NCBI GenBank assembly: GCA_003153505.1
Contig: PLZA01000016.1
Coordinates: forward strand, 11,094 to 75,093
Reading direction: 5' to 3'
DNA length: 64,000 bases
From: Candidatus Dormiibacterota bacterium
GTDB lineage: Bacteria; Chloroflexota; Dormibacteria; Aeolococcales; Aeolococcaceae
Shown: positions 9,882 to 19,838 of the stretch, in pieces
Layout: each line of letters opens with the position of its first letter
Numbering within the stretch: position 1 is the stretch's first letter
Made by a program: the position numbers and the translations under genes
The notes under the pieces: generated by a model
Databases searched by the model: none
Seen by the model: the letters and a program-made list of their open reading frames with translations, nothing else
What the model was told of the DNA's origin: nothing

Positions 9882-12637
9882 TCACCTGATTCTCCCACGG
9901 TATCGGGCAATGTCCCCGCGTTCACGAATCCGTCGACCAGCGCCGGAACCCGGTCGAACGCCGTGACCGCCATCGGTGCGGGAGGCAGCGCGCGCAGAAA
10001 GCCGAGCCCGTACTGGCGGGTGCGCAGGCGCGGGTCGCACAGCACCACGGCCCCGCGATCCGACGCGCTCCGGATGAGGCGCCCGAATCCCTGCCGGAGC
10101 CGGATGATCGCCACTGGGAGGATGTACTCGCCGAACGGGTCGCGCAACCGCTCCGAGCGGGCACGCACCAGCGGGTCGGTGGGCACCGGGAACGGGAGCT
10201 TGTCGATGACGACGCAGCGGAGCCGGTCGCCCGGGATGTCGACACCCTCCCAGAAGCTGCTCGTCGCCAGGAGCACGGTTCGTGGATCGGCAAGGAAGCT
10301 CTGCAGGATCTGCCGCCTGGTGCCGTCGAGGCCCTGCGCAAGGCTTGCGATCCCGCGCGCGTCGAGACGCTCCTGAAGGAGGGCCCAGACGCGCTTCAGG
10401 GGTCCGTAGCTCGTGAAGAGCACCAGCGTGTGGCCGTCGAGGCGGGCGGCGATCCCGTCGATCAATGCGGTCATCTGCAGGTCGTGCACCGGGTCGTCAT
10501 ACGCGGTCGCGTCCTCGGGCAGGATGCATACGGCCTGGCGGAGGTAGTCGAACGGCGACGGCAGGGTCAGTTCCTCGGCGGTCGCTCCGATGCCCACGCG
10601 GTGGCGGATGAAGTCGAAGCCTCCCGCCACGGACAGCGTCGCCGAGGTCAGCACGACCGACTCGGCGGGGTCGAACACCGTCTCGGCGAGCGGCCCCGAG
10701 ACGTCGATCGGCGCCTCGTGCAACTCCGCCTGCTCACCGCGCATCTCGATCCAGGCGACCATGCCGTCACGCGGCCGCACGATGACGTGGTCGATCGCGG
10801 CGGCGAGACCCGCGAGCGCCACCGCGGCGTGCTCGAGCTCGTCGTCGGATCGGTCCGGCTGCGGCAGGAGCTCGGTCTGGAGCCCCTCGGACAATCCCGA
10901 CGCGATCACGCCGGCAACACGCTGGAGGACGCCCGCAGCGTGGATCGCCGAGCGCTCGACAAAGCCGAAGCCGGGGTCGGCGCGGATCACTTCGGAGAGA
11001 CCGACGCGCCCGTTCGCCGCGTGCTCCCCACCGAGCTTTGCGGACATGAAACCCTTGGCATCGCCGAACAGCCGCTGGCCCGCGTCCCGGCAGCGTTCGA
11101 GGTCCGCACCGAGCGGCGTCCCCTGCAGCGTCGGGAGCCGATCGAGAATCAGCCCAAGATCCGCCAGGCGCACGGCGACTCCGAGCTGCTCGGTGGCCAC
11201 CGACTCGAGGTGATGCGCCTCGTCGATGACCAGGGCTTCGTATGATCCGAGCACCTGCCCCTGGCGCTCGGTGCCGGCAAGCAGGAGGGCGTGGTTCGTG
11301 ACAACAATGGCGGCATCCGCCGCGCTGCGCCGGGCTCCCACCATGTGACAGCGGGCGTTGGCCCAGTTGGCGCACGCGGGGCCAAGACAATCGGTGACAT
11401 CGGAGGCGATCCGGCGCCAGAGCTGTTCCTCGTCGCCCGCAAGCGCGATCTCTGAACGATCCCCGCTCGTCGTGGTCGCGAGCCACACGAGAATCTTCAG
11501 CTTGAACCTGATCGCGACGATGTCGATGTCGGATCCAGCGACGTCGGATCCCGCCAGAAACCGCCGCCACCGGCGCAGGCTGAGATAGTGGCCGCGCCCT
11601 TTGAGCACGGCGACCGATACGGGTCTGTCCACGAGTCCGGCGACTGCGGGCAGGTCTCGGTCGGCAAGCTGTTCCTGCAGATTGACGGTGTGGGTTGCGA
11701 CCACCGCCCGTTTGCCGGTTCGCGCGGCCCAGAGCGCCAGGGGCGTCAGGTAGGCGAGCGACTTCCCCACCCCGGTTCCGGCCTCCACCATCAGGCGTCG
11801 CTTGCGCTCGAGCGTCTGGCCGACCGCCATCGCCATCTGGAGCTGCGCCTCGCGGTATTCGTACCCCTCACGGGTCGACAGCGGGCCGTCGGGTCCCAGC
11901 AGCGCCGCCGCCGCCTCCCCGACGTTGAGCCCGTCCAGCGACCCGGCCGCCCTTGGGGCCGGCTGCGGCGCCGGTGGTGTGCTCGGCGACGGGTGGTCGA
12001 CAAGTGTGCCGGCGTCCACTCCCGGACGGAGCATCACGTCGTCGAGGAATGCCGTCAGCGGTCCGGGCGCCTGGGACGCCACCCGGCGCATCTCGGCCAG
12101 GGTCGCATCGGGAAGGCCGCGCCCGGCGCCGACGAGCACGCGAAACAGGTCGCCGGTCGCTCGCGCATCGCTGAGCGCGCGGTGCGGACGCTCATGGGCG
12201 ATTCCCAGACGGCGGCTCAGGAGCGGCAGGCTGTGGCTCTCGTAGGTCGGCAGGAGGATCCGGGCGAGATCGAGCGTGTCGTAGATCAGTCGCGAACCGA
12301 ACGATTCCGAGAGCAGCGCGCGCAGGAACAGCAGGTCGAAGGTGCCGCCATGGGCGATCAGCGCCGCGTCCCCGCAGAACCCGGCAAGGCGTGCCGCGGC
12401 CTCGGCCGGGGGCGGCGCTCCCATCACGTCGTCGTCGGTGAGTCCGACCAGCCGCTGGATGGCCAGGGGAATCGGCATCTGCGGGTCGACGACCACCTGC
12501 AGCTCGTCGATCGGACGCAGCGCACGGTCGTAGCGCACGGCGCCGATCTCGAGGATCCGGTCGCTGCGCGGCGACAGCCCGGTGGTCTCGAGGTCGAAGG
12601 CGACCAGGTGATCGAGGTGCGATTGACCTTCGATCAC
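9851..12637 (-). CDS. dinG: DinG-family helicase with N-terminal DEDDh 3'-5' exonuclease
   Basis: FDLETTG and HRALSDA exonuclease motifs; EAGTGVGKS, IDEAHH, LTSATL, FWEGVD, QGFGRLIR. GTG at 12637 overlaps the plsC stop. Confidence 0.93.
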   Translation of the reverse strand: MIEGQSHLDHLVAFDLETTGLSPRSDRILEIGAVRYDRALRPIDELQVVVDPQMPIPLAIQRLVGLTDDDVMGAPPPAEAAARLAGFCGDAALIAHGGTFDLLFLRALLSESFGSRLIYDTLDLARILLPTYESHSLPLLSRRLGIAHERPHRALSDARATGDLFRVLVGAGRGLPDATLAEMRRVASQAPGPLTAFLDDVMLRPGVDAGTLVDHPSPSTPPAPQPAPRAAGSLDGLNVGEAAAALLGPDGPLSTREGYEYREAQLQMAMAVGQTLERKRRLMVEAGTGVGKSLAYLTPLALWAARTGKRAVVATHTVNLQEQLADRDLPAVAGLVDRPVSVAVLKGRGHYLSLRRWRRFLAGSDVAGSDIDIVAIRFKLKILVWLATTTSGDRSEIALAGDEEQLWRRIASDVTDCLGPACANWANARCHMVGARRSAADAAIVVTNHALLLAGTERQGQVLGSYEALVIDEAHHLESVATEQLGVAVRLADLGLILDRLPTLQGTPLGADLERCRDAGQRLFGDAKGFMSAKLGGEHAANGRVGLSEVIRADPGFGFVERSAIHAAGVLQRVAGVIASGLSEGLQTELLPQPDRSDDELEHAAVALAGLAAAIDHVIVRPRDGMVAWIEMRGEQAELHEAPIDVSGPLAETVFDPAESVVLTSATLSVAGGFDFIRHRVGIGATAEELTLPSPFDYLRQAVCILPEDATAYDDPVHDLQMTALIDGIAARLDGHTLVLFTSYGPLKRVWALLQERLDARGIASLAQGLDGTRRQILQSFLADPRTVLLATSSFWEGVDIPGDRLRCVVIDKLPFPVPTDPLVRARSERLRDPFGEYILPVAIIRLRQGFGRLIRSASDRGAVVLCDPRLRTRQYGLGFLRALPPAPMAVTAFDRVPALVDGFVNAGTLPDTVGESGEWSSNDLEPA

Positions 12638-13308
12638 GCGGCGGGAGAGCTCCCCCCGATGGTGAGCATGTCCGCTCCCACGGGCCGTCGCTCCTTGGGG
12701 AGCAGTGCGATCACGCGCTCCATCATGATCGCGGCGGCTTCCCGGCTGGAGAGTGGTCGTCCGTCGCTCCCCAGCGGTGGGAGCTGAAACGGCTCCCCGA
12801 CTCGCAGCTCGACATCGGCGCGCCTCGGCATCCACGAGCCGCGCGGGATCACCCGCTCCGAGCCCCAGCTGGCGACAGGCACGACCGGCGCGCCGGAGCG
12901 GCGCGCGATGAACCCGGCTCCAGCCTGGACCTCGCCGATGAGTTGCCCATCCCACGACCTTGTCCCCTCCGGGTAGACGAGCAGGACGTGGCCTGCGCTC
13001 AGCACGCCGAGCGCCGTGCGCAGGCCCGCGCGATCCGCGGTGTGACGCACGACCGGGAACGCATGATTCATGCGGAAGAGCCACCCGAGCAGCGGGTTGC
13101 GAAACAGTTCGCTCTTTGCCAGGTAGAAGACGTCGCGGCGCGGGATGAACACGCCGGTCAGCGCCGGCTCGACCGTGCCGACGTGATTGCCAACCACCAG
13201 CACGGCACCGCGCCGCGGCATCCGGTCCATGCCGTCGATGCGCATCCTCCGGCCGAGGATGACCCAGGCAAGGATGCGTACCCCGGAACGAAAGACCGCG
13301 TAGATCAT
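12634..13308 (-). CDS. plsC: 1-acyl-sn-glycerol-3-phosphate acyltransferase
   Basis: GNHVGTVEP, AKSELF, YPEGTRS; follows cmk. Confidence 0.88.
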   Translation of the reverse strand: MIYAVFRSGVRILAWVILGRRMRIDGMDRMPRRGAVLVVGNHVGTVEPALTGVFIPRRDVFYLAKSELFRNPLLGWLFRMNHAFPVVRHTADRAGLRTALGVLSAGHVLLVYPEGTRSWDGQLIGEVQAGAGFIARRSGAPVVPVASWGSERVIPRGSWMPRRADVELRVGEPFQLPPLGSDGRPLSSREAAAIMMERVIALLPKERRPVGADMLTIGGSSPAA

Positions 13309-14000
13309 CGTCGCGCCGCGGCCGCTGCAGCCCAGAGCTCGAGCGCCGCCTGCACCACCGCGTCGATGCCGAGCACACCTGTGTCGAGGACATGCGCGTC
13401 CGCAGCCGGACGCATCGGTGCGGCGCTTCGCGATGCGTCGATGCGGTCACGGGCACCCACCTCGCCGTGCAGGAGTGCGCCATCCGCGTCGCCACCGTTG
13501 CCGGTACCTCGAAGCTGGGACGCGCGCCGCTGCGCGCGCACCGCCTCCGACGCGTCGAGGTAGAGCTTGAGCTGCGCGCCCGGGAAGACCACCGTGCCGC
13601 AGTCGCGCCCGACAGCGATCGCCCCGGCACCCGCCAGCCTGCGCTGCGCGTCCAGGAGGGCCGCGCGCACTTCGGGGATGCTGCTCATCGCTGCCAGCAG
13701 CGGTGCGTTGGCGGGGTCGCGCAACGCGGGACCTGCCTCGGTGCCGTTGACATTCGCGGCTCGGTCCGCGTCCTCGTGGGTGGGATCGGTGTCGATGACG
13801 ACGCTGGCACGGCGCGCGCAGTCGATGAGCGCGTCGCGGTCATTGGGATCGATCCCCGCTCGCGCGGCGGCGACCATGACGCCCCGGTAGAAGAGGCCGG
13901 TGTCCACGAGCGGGAGGCCGAGTGAGGTGGCAAGACGCCTTCCGAGGGTTGTCTTGCCGCTGCCGGCGGGACCGTCGATGGTGATGACCGGCGGTGTCAA
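13305..14000 (-). CDS. cmk: Cytidylate kinase
   Basis: ITIDGPAGSGKTT, DTGLFYR, GRDCGTVVFP, RDRIDASR. Confidence 0.95.
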   Translation of the reverse strand: MTPPVITIDGPAGSGKTTLGRRLATSLGLPLVDTGLFYRGVMVAAARAGIDPNDRDALIDCARRASVVIDTDPTHEDADRAANVNGTEAGPALRDPANAPLLAAMSSIPEVRAALLDAQRRLAGAGAIAVGRDCGTVVFPGAQLKLYLDASEAVRAQRRASQLRGTGNGGDADGALLHGEVGARDRIDASRSAAPMRPAADAHVLDTGVLGIDAVVQAALELWAAAAAARR

Positions 14001-14752
14001 CGCGATCGCCGGGCGGCGGCCCTGGCCGGCGCGGCCATCCCCGCTGCGGCGCGGAGTGATGACAGCTCGGCGGGGCGCAAGGCTCGTGCCTCACCTTCTG
14101 GAAGCGCGCCGAGCTCGAGCGGCCCGATGCCGATCCGGACCAGATCCCGCACCTCGAACCCGATCGCGGCGAAGAGTCGGCGCACCTCGCGCTTGCGGCC
14201 TTCCGCCATCACCACCTCGACGACCGAGTCGGAGCCGGAGTGACGTGCGTTGAGAGCGCGAGCCGGGCCATCCTCGAGCTCGACCCCATCCATCAGGCGC
14301 TCCAGTTCGTCGCCCGAGATCGCGCGGTCCAGGCTGGCGAGGTACCGCTTGGTGACGCCGTGGCGCGGATGCGACACCGCGTGGGCGAGGTCGCCGTCGG
14401 TGGTGAGGACCAGGAGCCCGCGACTGTCGGCGTCGAGCCGTCCGACCGGGACGAGCCCGGGCACCGGCTCGATCAGATCCATGACGGTGCGACGCTGATA
14501 GGGATCGCTGCGCGTGGTCACGACGCCGACCGGTTTGTTGAGGACGATCGTGACGGAAACTGCGCGCGCCGTGATTCGGTGGCCGTCGACGCTCACGCGA
14601 TCGCTTGACGGGTCGACCACGGCGCCGAGCCGGCTGATCTCGCCGTTGACAGTCACCCGGCCGTCGGCGATGAGCGCATCCGCGCCGCGTCGCGAGGCGA
14701 TCCCGCGACGCGCGAGAAACCGGTTCAGCCGCTCCGGCGGAGAGACGGTCAC
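13997..14752 (-). CDS. rluB: rRNA pseudouridine synthase (RluB/RsuA family)
   Basis: S4 domain ERLNRFLARRGIASRR; PVGRLDADSRGL; EGRKREVRR. Confidence 0.9.
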   Translation of the reverse strand: MTVSPPERLNRFLARRGIASRRGADALIADGRVTVNGEISRLGAVVDPSSDRVSVDGHRITARAVSVTIVLNKPVGVVTTRSDPYQRRTVMDLIEPVPGLVPVGRLDADSRGLLVLTTDGDLAHAVSHPRHGVTKRYLASLDRAISGDELERLMDGVELEDGPARALNARHSGSDSVVEVVMAEGRKREVRRLFAAIGFEVRDLVRIGIGPLELGALPEGEARALRPAELSSLRAAAGMAAPARAAARRSR

Positions 14753-15339
14753 TCGAAGTTGGGGAGCACCACGCTCTCGGCCACCGGGGGCAGATCCTCG
14801 ATCCGCTCGAGGCCCACCAGCTGAAGGAAGCGGAGCGTCGTGCCGAAGAGGCGAGGATGCCCTGGGGTCTCCTGGCGGGCGACCTCGGCGATGAGCCGCC
14901 GCTCGGTGAGGTGCTCGAGGACGGCTTCACAGTCCACGCCGCGGATCGACTCGATCACGGCCTTGGTCACCGGCTGGCGGTAGGCGATGATCGCGAGCGT
15001 CTCCATGGCAGCCCGGCTGAGGCGCGAGGGGCGCTCCGGGTGGAGCGCTCGCTGCACCGCCCACGCCATCTCGGGGCGGGTGACCAGTTGCATGGACTCG
15101 TCGGAGCGCTGGAGCATCAGTCCACGGCCACGGAGGTCCATGGCGAGCACGCCGGCCGAGCGAGCGACCGCCGTCGGGCTGCGCTCGAGGATCGCCGCCG
15201 CTTCGGCGACGGTCACCTCTCGGCCGAGGGCGAAGCACAGCGCTTCGAGTGCCGGGGCGAGGTCTTCCGGTTCGGCATCGGCCGTCCCTTCGGGCACCGC
15301 GGCGCGCCCGAAGACGTCGAGCACGAGCACGTCATCCAC
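14749..15339 (-). CDS. scpB: SMC-Scp complex subunit ScpB
   Basis: LSRAAMETLAIIAYRQPVTKAVIESIRGV; PRLFGTT..FL. Confidence 0.95.
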   Translation of the reverse strand: MDDVLVLDVFGRAAVPEGTADAEPEDLAPALEALCFALGREVTVAEAAAILERSPTAVARSAGVLAMDLRGRGLMLQRSDESMQLVTRPEMAWAVQRALHPERPSRLSRAAMETLAIIAYRQPVTKAVIESIRGVDCEAVLEHLTERRLIAEVARQETPGHPRLFGTTLRFLQLVGLERIEDLPPVAESVVLPNFE

Positions 15340-16054
15340 GGCCGGTCACCGTGATCGGGCCGAAGGCATCCCGCTGTTCGACCGTCGCCTCGCCGCGCTT
15401 GAGCATCTCGAGCAGGGCGAGAAAACAGGCAACTGCCTCGAGCCGGGTGCTCACCCCGGCGAAGACCTCTTCGAATTCGAGCGGTCCCAACGCAAGGCGA
15501 TCTCGGAGGAGCCGGACCTTGTCCTCCACCGAGAAGGTGATCGCGACCGGCAGCGGCTCCGTGTCGCTGAGCCGCTCGAGCACCGCCCGGAACGCTGCGG
15601 CCAGACGTTCTGGGGCGATGCGCAGACGCTCCACCGGGATGACCTCGGTCGACACGAGTCCGAGGAAACTCCTGGCGCCGTCAGTCGCGGCGTCGGCGAG
15701 GAGCGCCTCGGCCGCGGCTTTGAAGAGCCGGTATTCGGCGAGCCGCCTGCCGGCATCGGTGGATTCATCGTCCTCGGGTTCGATGACCGTGGTGTCCTGG
15801 TCGGGCAGCACTGCCGCCGCCTTGAGCGCCACCAGCCGGGCGAGCAACGTCAACGCGTCCGCGACGGCGCGAAGGTCGCCCTGGCGCTCGGGACTCTCCA
15901 GTGCGCTCCGCGCCTCCTCGACCACCGCGGTCACCGAGACCTCGGTCAGGTCCAGGTCGCCGCGGTTTGCGCGAGCGACGAGCTCCTCGAGGGTCCCGTG
16001 GAACCCGGGCGCGTCCACGGTGATCGAGGCGGCGCCCGCTTCCTCCCGCTGCAT
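15332..16054 (-). CDS. scpA: Segregation and condensation protein ScpA
   Basis: FHGTLEEL, RLAEYRLFK, FLALLEMLK, QRDAFGPI; adjacent to scpB. Confidence 0.9.
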   Translation of the reverse strand: MQREEAGAASITVDAPGFHGTLEELVARANRGDLDLTEVSVTAVVEEARSALESPERQGDLRAVADALTLLARLVALKAAAVLPDQDTTVIEPEDDESTDAGRRLAEYRLFKAAAEALLADAATDGARSFLGLVSTEVIPVERLRIAPERLAAAFRAVLERLSDTEPLPVAITFSVEDKVRLLRDRLALGPLEFEEVFAGVSTRLEAVACFLALLEMLKRGEATVEQRDAFGPITVTGRG

Positions 16055-16056
16055 CG

Positions 16057-17790
16057 CTACATGGTACGGACGCCGGGGGTACCCCGATCGCCGCCCGCAC
16101 CCTCGTCCAGGAGTTCCGCGGCTCGAGCCAGGGCCGCCTCCGTCGTCCTGCCCGACATCAGCCGCGCGATCTCAGTGACCCGCTCCGCACCCGAGACCGT
16201 GGCTGCGGTCGCAACCGGTCCGCCCGGGCGGTCGAGCTTGGTGATGGTCAGATGGGAGGCGGCGCGAGCCGCGATCTCCGGCCGGTGCGTGATCGCGATC
16301 ACCTGCCGGGTGCGGCCGATGCGCGCGAGGACGTCGCCAACCCGCGCGGCGGTCTCCCCGCCGATGCCGGTGTCCACCTCGTCGAGCACGAGCACGGGTG
16401 CGTCGTCCTCGCTCACCACCGCGCTCAGCGCCAGCGCAAGCCTCCCCAGCTCCCCGCCGGACGGCCCTTCGTCGAGCGGCATCGGCACTGAGTCTCGATT
16501 CGGCGCGAGCCGGAAGTCGACGTCGTCGATGCCGGAGGGCCCGCACCGAACCGGAGTTCCATCGCCGGTGTCCACCCCATCGACATCGAGGGCGCGCGTG
16601 AGCACCACCCGGAAGCGCGCGTATGGCAGTTCGAGCGACCGGAGCTCCGCGGTGACGGCTCGCTCCAGGCGGCGCGCTGCCGAGGTCCTGACCGCGCTCA
16701 GCGTGGCTGCCGCAGCGCCGGCCTCCGAACGCCGCTGCTCCGCGGCAGCCTCGAGGGTGCCCATGACTCCGGCTTCGGCATCGACGCTGCTGACCAACGT
16801 CGTCGCGCGCTCGAGCTCCACGAGCGCCGACTCGAGCGATCCGTGACGCCGGACGACGCGCGCCAGCGTGTCGAGCCGCTCCTCGATGGCGGTCAGGCGC
16901 ACTTCGTCGACGGTGATCTCGTCAGCGTGGCGTCGGGCATCCATCGCCAGTTCGCGCAGCCGGTCGACGAGCGAGTCGGCGTCCTCGAGCAAGGTGGCCA
17001 GCCCTGGGTCGACGGCGGCCAGGTCCGCGCCACTGCCGATCGCCGCTGCCAGCCGGTCGGCGCCGGATTGCTCGTCGCCCCCGCTCGCCTCTGCAAGGGC
17101 GAGAGCGCACCCCGCGATCCGGCTGGCGTACCGCAACCGGAGGCGCTCCGTCTGCAACTCGGCGTCCTCACCTGGACGGATCCCGATCGGGCCGAGGTCG
17201 TCGACCAGGTCACGCGCCCGCTGGAGCTCCGCGGCGCCGGTGTTCGCGGCCCGCCGTGCCGCGTCGACGGCGTCCGCCGCGGTCCGCCAGGCACGAACTG
17301 CGGTGGCGATGGCCGCCCGGGCGGCGGCGCACTCGGCGCCACCGAAGGCATCGAGCACCTCGCGCTGCCAGCTCCGGCGCAGCATGCGATGGCTCGTCCC
17401 CTGCGCGGTGACGTCGACGCACAGGTCGCCAAGTTCGCGCAGCACCGCCTGGGAGACGAGCGCTCCGTCAACTCTGCAGACCGCTCGCCCGGATGCAGGC
17501 ACCTCACGCGAGAGGGTGATCAGGTCGTCATCAGGGATGCCGAGTTCGGCTCGGCGTGCTCGCAGCTGCGGACCCGGGTTGTCGAACACCGCCGCCACGC
17601 GGGCGGCCGGGGTTCCGGCGCGGACGGTCTCGGATTCCAGCCGGCCCCCGAGCGCGGCACGCAGGGCATTCACGCACATCGATTTGCCGGAGCCGGTCTC
17701 ACCGGTGAGCACGCTGAAGCCCTCCTCGAACGAGAGGCGGGCGTCCTCGATGACCGCGAGGTTGCTGACCCGGAGCTCACGAAGTACCAC
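16057..17790 (-). CDS. recN: DNA repair protein RecN
   Basis: LTGETGSGKS, coiled coil, SGGELGRL, LDEVDTGIGG, ITHRPEIA; RBS GGGAGG before GTG 17790. Confidence 0.95.
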   Translation of the reverse strand: MVLRELRVSNLAVIEDARLSFEEGFSVLTGETGSGKSMCVNALRAALGGRLESETVRAGTPAARVAAVFDNPGPQLRARRAELGIPDDDLITLSREVPASGRAVCRVDGALVSQAVLRELGDLCVDVTAQGTSHRMLRRSWQREVLDAFGGAECAAARAAIATAVRAWRTAADAVDAARRAANTGAAELQRARDLVDDLGPIGIRPGEDAELQTERLRLRYASRIAGCALALAEASGGDEQSGADRLAAAIGSGADLAAVDPGLATLLEDADSLVDRLRELAMDARRHADEITVDEVRLTAIEERLDTLARVVRRHGSLESALVELERATTLVSSVDAEAGVMGTLEAAAEQRRSEAGAAAATLSAVRTSAARRLERAVTAELRSLELPYARFRVVLTRALDVDGVDTGDGTPVRCGPSGIDDVDFRLAPNRDSVPMPLDEGPSGGELGRLALALSAVVSEDDAPVLVLDEVDTGIGGETAARVGDVLARIGRTRQVIAITHRPEIAARAASHLTITKLDRPGGPVATAATVSGAERVTEIARLMSGRTTEAALARAAELLDEGAGGDRGTPGVRTM

Positions 17791-18664
17791 GTGTCCCTCC
17801 CTGCGCACTCGGCAGGTCGTCGTCGACCGGCTCGAACAACAGGTCCCTGTGGGGAATGCCGTACCGGAACTTCTGCCGGAGCCGCGAGTTGAAGGACGGC
17901 GAGTCGGCGAAGCGCACGACCTCGAGCTCCGGCCCCGGCCGGATCACGACACTGCCGCCGTCCGCCAGCCAGGCGACCGAGCGGCCGTCGGCCGCGACAA
18001 AGACGCGCCCACGCTCGACCGTCACCCGGACGTCGAGCTGCTCGGGGATGACCACCGGCCGGCTGATGACCGCATGCGCCGCCAGGGGGACGACCACGAC
18101 AGCGCGAACCCGTGGGTCGACAGGGGGTCCGCCGGCGCTGAGCGCATAGGCTGTCGACCCGGTCGCGGTGGCGACCACCACCCCGTCGGCGTCGAACGCC
18201 CCGAGCAGGTCATCGTCGACGTCCACGCGGAGGCGGACCACGTTGACATCCCTCGCGCGGACGACGATCTCGTTGATCGCGAGCACTGGTTCGTCCGCGT
18301 CGTGGATCGAGATCTCGAGCAGCGCTCGGCGCTGGGTCGTGTAGTCGCCGGCGGCGAATCGACTGATCGCCCCTGGCAGCGCATCGATCTCGACGTCGTT
18401 GAGAAAGCCGAGGCGGCCGCGGTTCACACCCACCACCGGAATGCCCAGCGGGGCAGCCAGCCGTGCACCATAGAGGAAGGTTCCGTCCCCACCGAGGGTC
18501 ACGAGCAGCGCGGTGCTCGCGCCGTGCTCGCGCATTGCACCTTCCGGATCCTCGAGCGCCGTCCACGCTTCGAAGCCGCAGGCGCGGGCGCGGGCGATCG
18601 CCGCCTGAGCGGCGACCTGCTCTCCCGGGTGGAGCAGGAATCCGATGCTCGCTTGGTCGCTCAT
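17777..18664 (-). CDS. nadK: NAD kinase
   Basis: LGGDGTFL, GVNRGRLGFL, AINE, DGVVVATATGSTAYALSAGGP. Confidence 0.95.
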   Translation of the reverse strand: MSDQASIGFLLHPGEQVAAQAAIARARACGFEAWTALEDPEGAMREHGASTALLVTLGGDGTFLYGARLAAPLGIPVVGVNRGRLGFLNDVEIDALPGAISRFAAGDYTTQRRALLEISIHDADEPVLAINEIVVRARDVNVVRLRVDVDDDLLGAFDADGVVVATATGSTAYALSAGGPPVDPRVRAVVVVPLAAHAVISRPVVIPEQLDVRVTVERGRVFVAADGRSVAWLADGGSVVIRPGPELEVVRFADSPSFNSRLRQKFRYGIPHRDLLFEPVDDDLPSAQGGTRGTS

Positions 18665-19449
18665 GGCTCGTTCGGACCCTGCACCGCCCTCGGCGCGAGC
18701 CGAGCCGCGACGAGAAACTCGAGGTTGCCCTTGGCGCCGCGAACCGGCGACGGCATTGGGGTGCGCGCAACCGCACCGTATGCGGATTCGAGCCACGACG
18801 CAAAGTCGCCGGCGGCGCGCTCCGCGAGGCCGGTATCGCGGACGATGCCGCCCTTGCCGATAGCGCTCCGTCCGAGCTCGAACTGCGGCTTGAAGAGGGC
18901 AATGAGGTCGGCGCCGGAAGGGGCGATGAGGCCCACGACAGCCGCGATCACCAGGCGCAGCGAGATGAACGAGAGGTCGAGGGTGACGAGGTCGGGCGGC
19001 GGGCCGGGTAGCGATGTCAGCGATCGCAGGTTGGTTCGATCCATAACGCGTACACGAGGGTCCGTCGCGAGCCGGGGATCGAGCTGGCCGCGACCCACGT
19101 CGACTGCGTAGACCGATGACGCACCGCGGCTGAGGAGGACGTCGGTGAAGCCGCCGGTGGATGCGCCAGCGTCGAGGCACACCCGACCCTGGCACTCAAC
19201 GCCGAACGTATCGAGCGCCGGAGCCAGCTTGAGGCCGCCTCTACTCGCCCATGGGTGATCGCGTCCCAGCATCCGGATCGGTGTGTCTGCTCCAATGCGC
19301 TGGTCCGCGCTCGTCGCCCGCGTTCCGTCCACCTCGACCAAGCCTGCGGCGACCAGCGCCTGTGCACGCTCGCGACTCGGAGCCAGCCCGCGCGCGACCA
19401 GCTCGAGATCAACGCGCCTCGCCTGGGAGACCGGTGTCATGGTTCCCAT
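18661..19449 (-). CDS. tlyA: TlyA-family rRNA methyltransferase
   Basis: S4 domain; SRGGLKL, DAGASTGGFTD, DLSFISL, KPQFE, GNLEF. Confidence 0.95.
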   Translation of the reverse strand: MGTMTPVSQARRVDLELVARGLAPSRERAQALVAAGLVEVDGTRATSADQRIGADTPIRMLGRDHPWASRGGLKLAPALDTFGVECQGRVCLDAGASTGGFTDVLLSRGASSVYAVDVGRGQLDPRLATDPRVRVMDRTNLRSLTSLPGPPPDLVTLDLSFISLRLVIAAVVGLIAPSGADLIALFKPQFELGRSAIGKGGIVRDTGLAERAAGDFASWLESAYGAVARTPMPSPVRGAKGNLEFLVAARLAPRAVQGPNEP

Positions 19450-19478
19450 CTATACCACATCTGTGTGTATTCGCGCCG

Positions 19479-19838
19479 TCAGAATGGGACGTCGGCCGGA
19501 TCGATGCGGGGGGGCGCAGGTCTGACCGGCGCTGCCGCGATCGGCGCCGCCGCGACCGGCGGGCCGGGCGCGTCAGATGAGGGCGCGCCGGCGGCTTCGA
19601 GCGGGCGCTCTGCGAGGGCACCGCTGCCGCTCACCACGAGTTGATTCACCCGTTGCTCGGTCCGGGCGAGCAGGTCTGCGCAGTGCTGTGCGAGCACGGC
19701 GCCTCGCTCGTAGGCGCCGATCGCCTCCTCGAGCGCGATGCTGCCACCTTCGAGCTTGGTGATGAGGGTATCGAGCTCGGCCAGAGCCGCCTCGTACGTG
19801 AGTGCCGTGATGCCGTCCTCCGCGGAGTTGGATGTCAT
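19479..19838 (-). CDS. xseB: Exodeoxyribonuclease VII small subunit with extended C-terminal tail
   Basis: TYEAALAELDTLITKLEGGSIALEEAIGAYERGAVL; follows xseA. Confidence 0.93.
   Translation of the reverse strand: MTSNSAEDGITALTYEAALAELDTLITKLEGGSIALEEAIGAYERGAVLAQHCADLLARTEQRVNQLVVSGSGALAERPLEAAGAPSSDAPGPPVAAAPIAAAPVRPAPPRIDPADVPF

Noticed and set aside
9851-13630. Apparent 1259-aa DinG and similar N-terminal extensions (aspS 995 aa, nadK, hslV, tatD, rsmA, aroC)
   Set aside because: The extensions run through upstream genes in another frame; real starts match motif onsets and, in most cases, stop/start overlaps.
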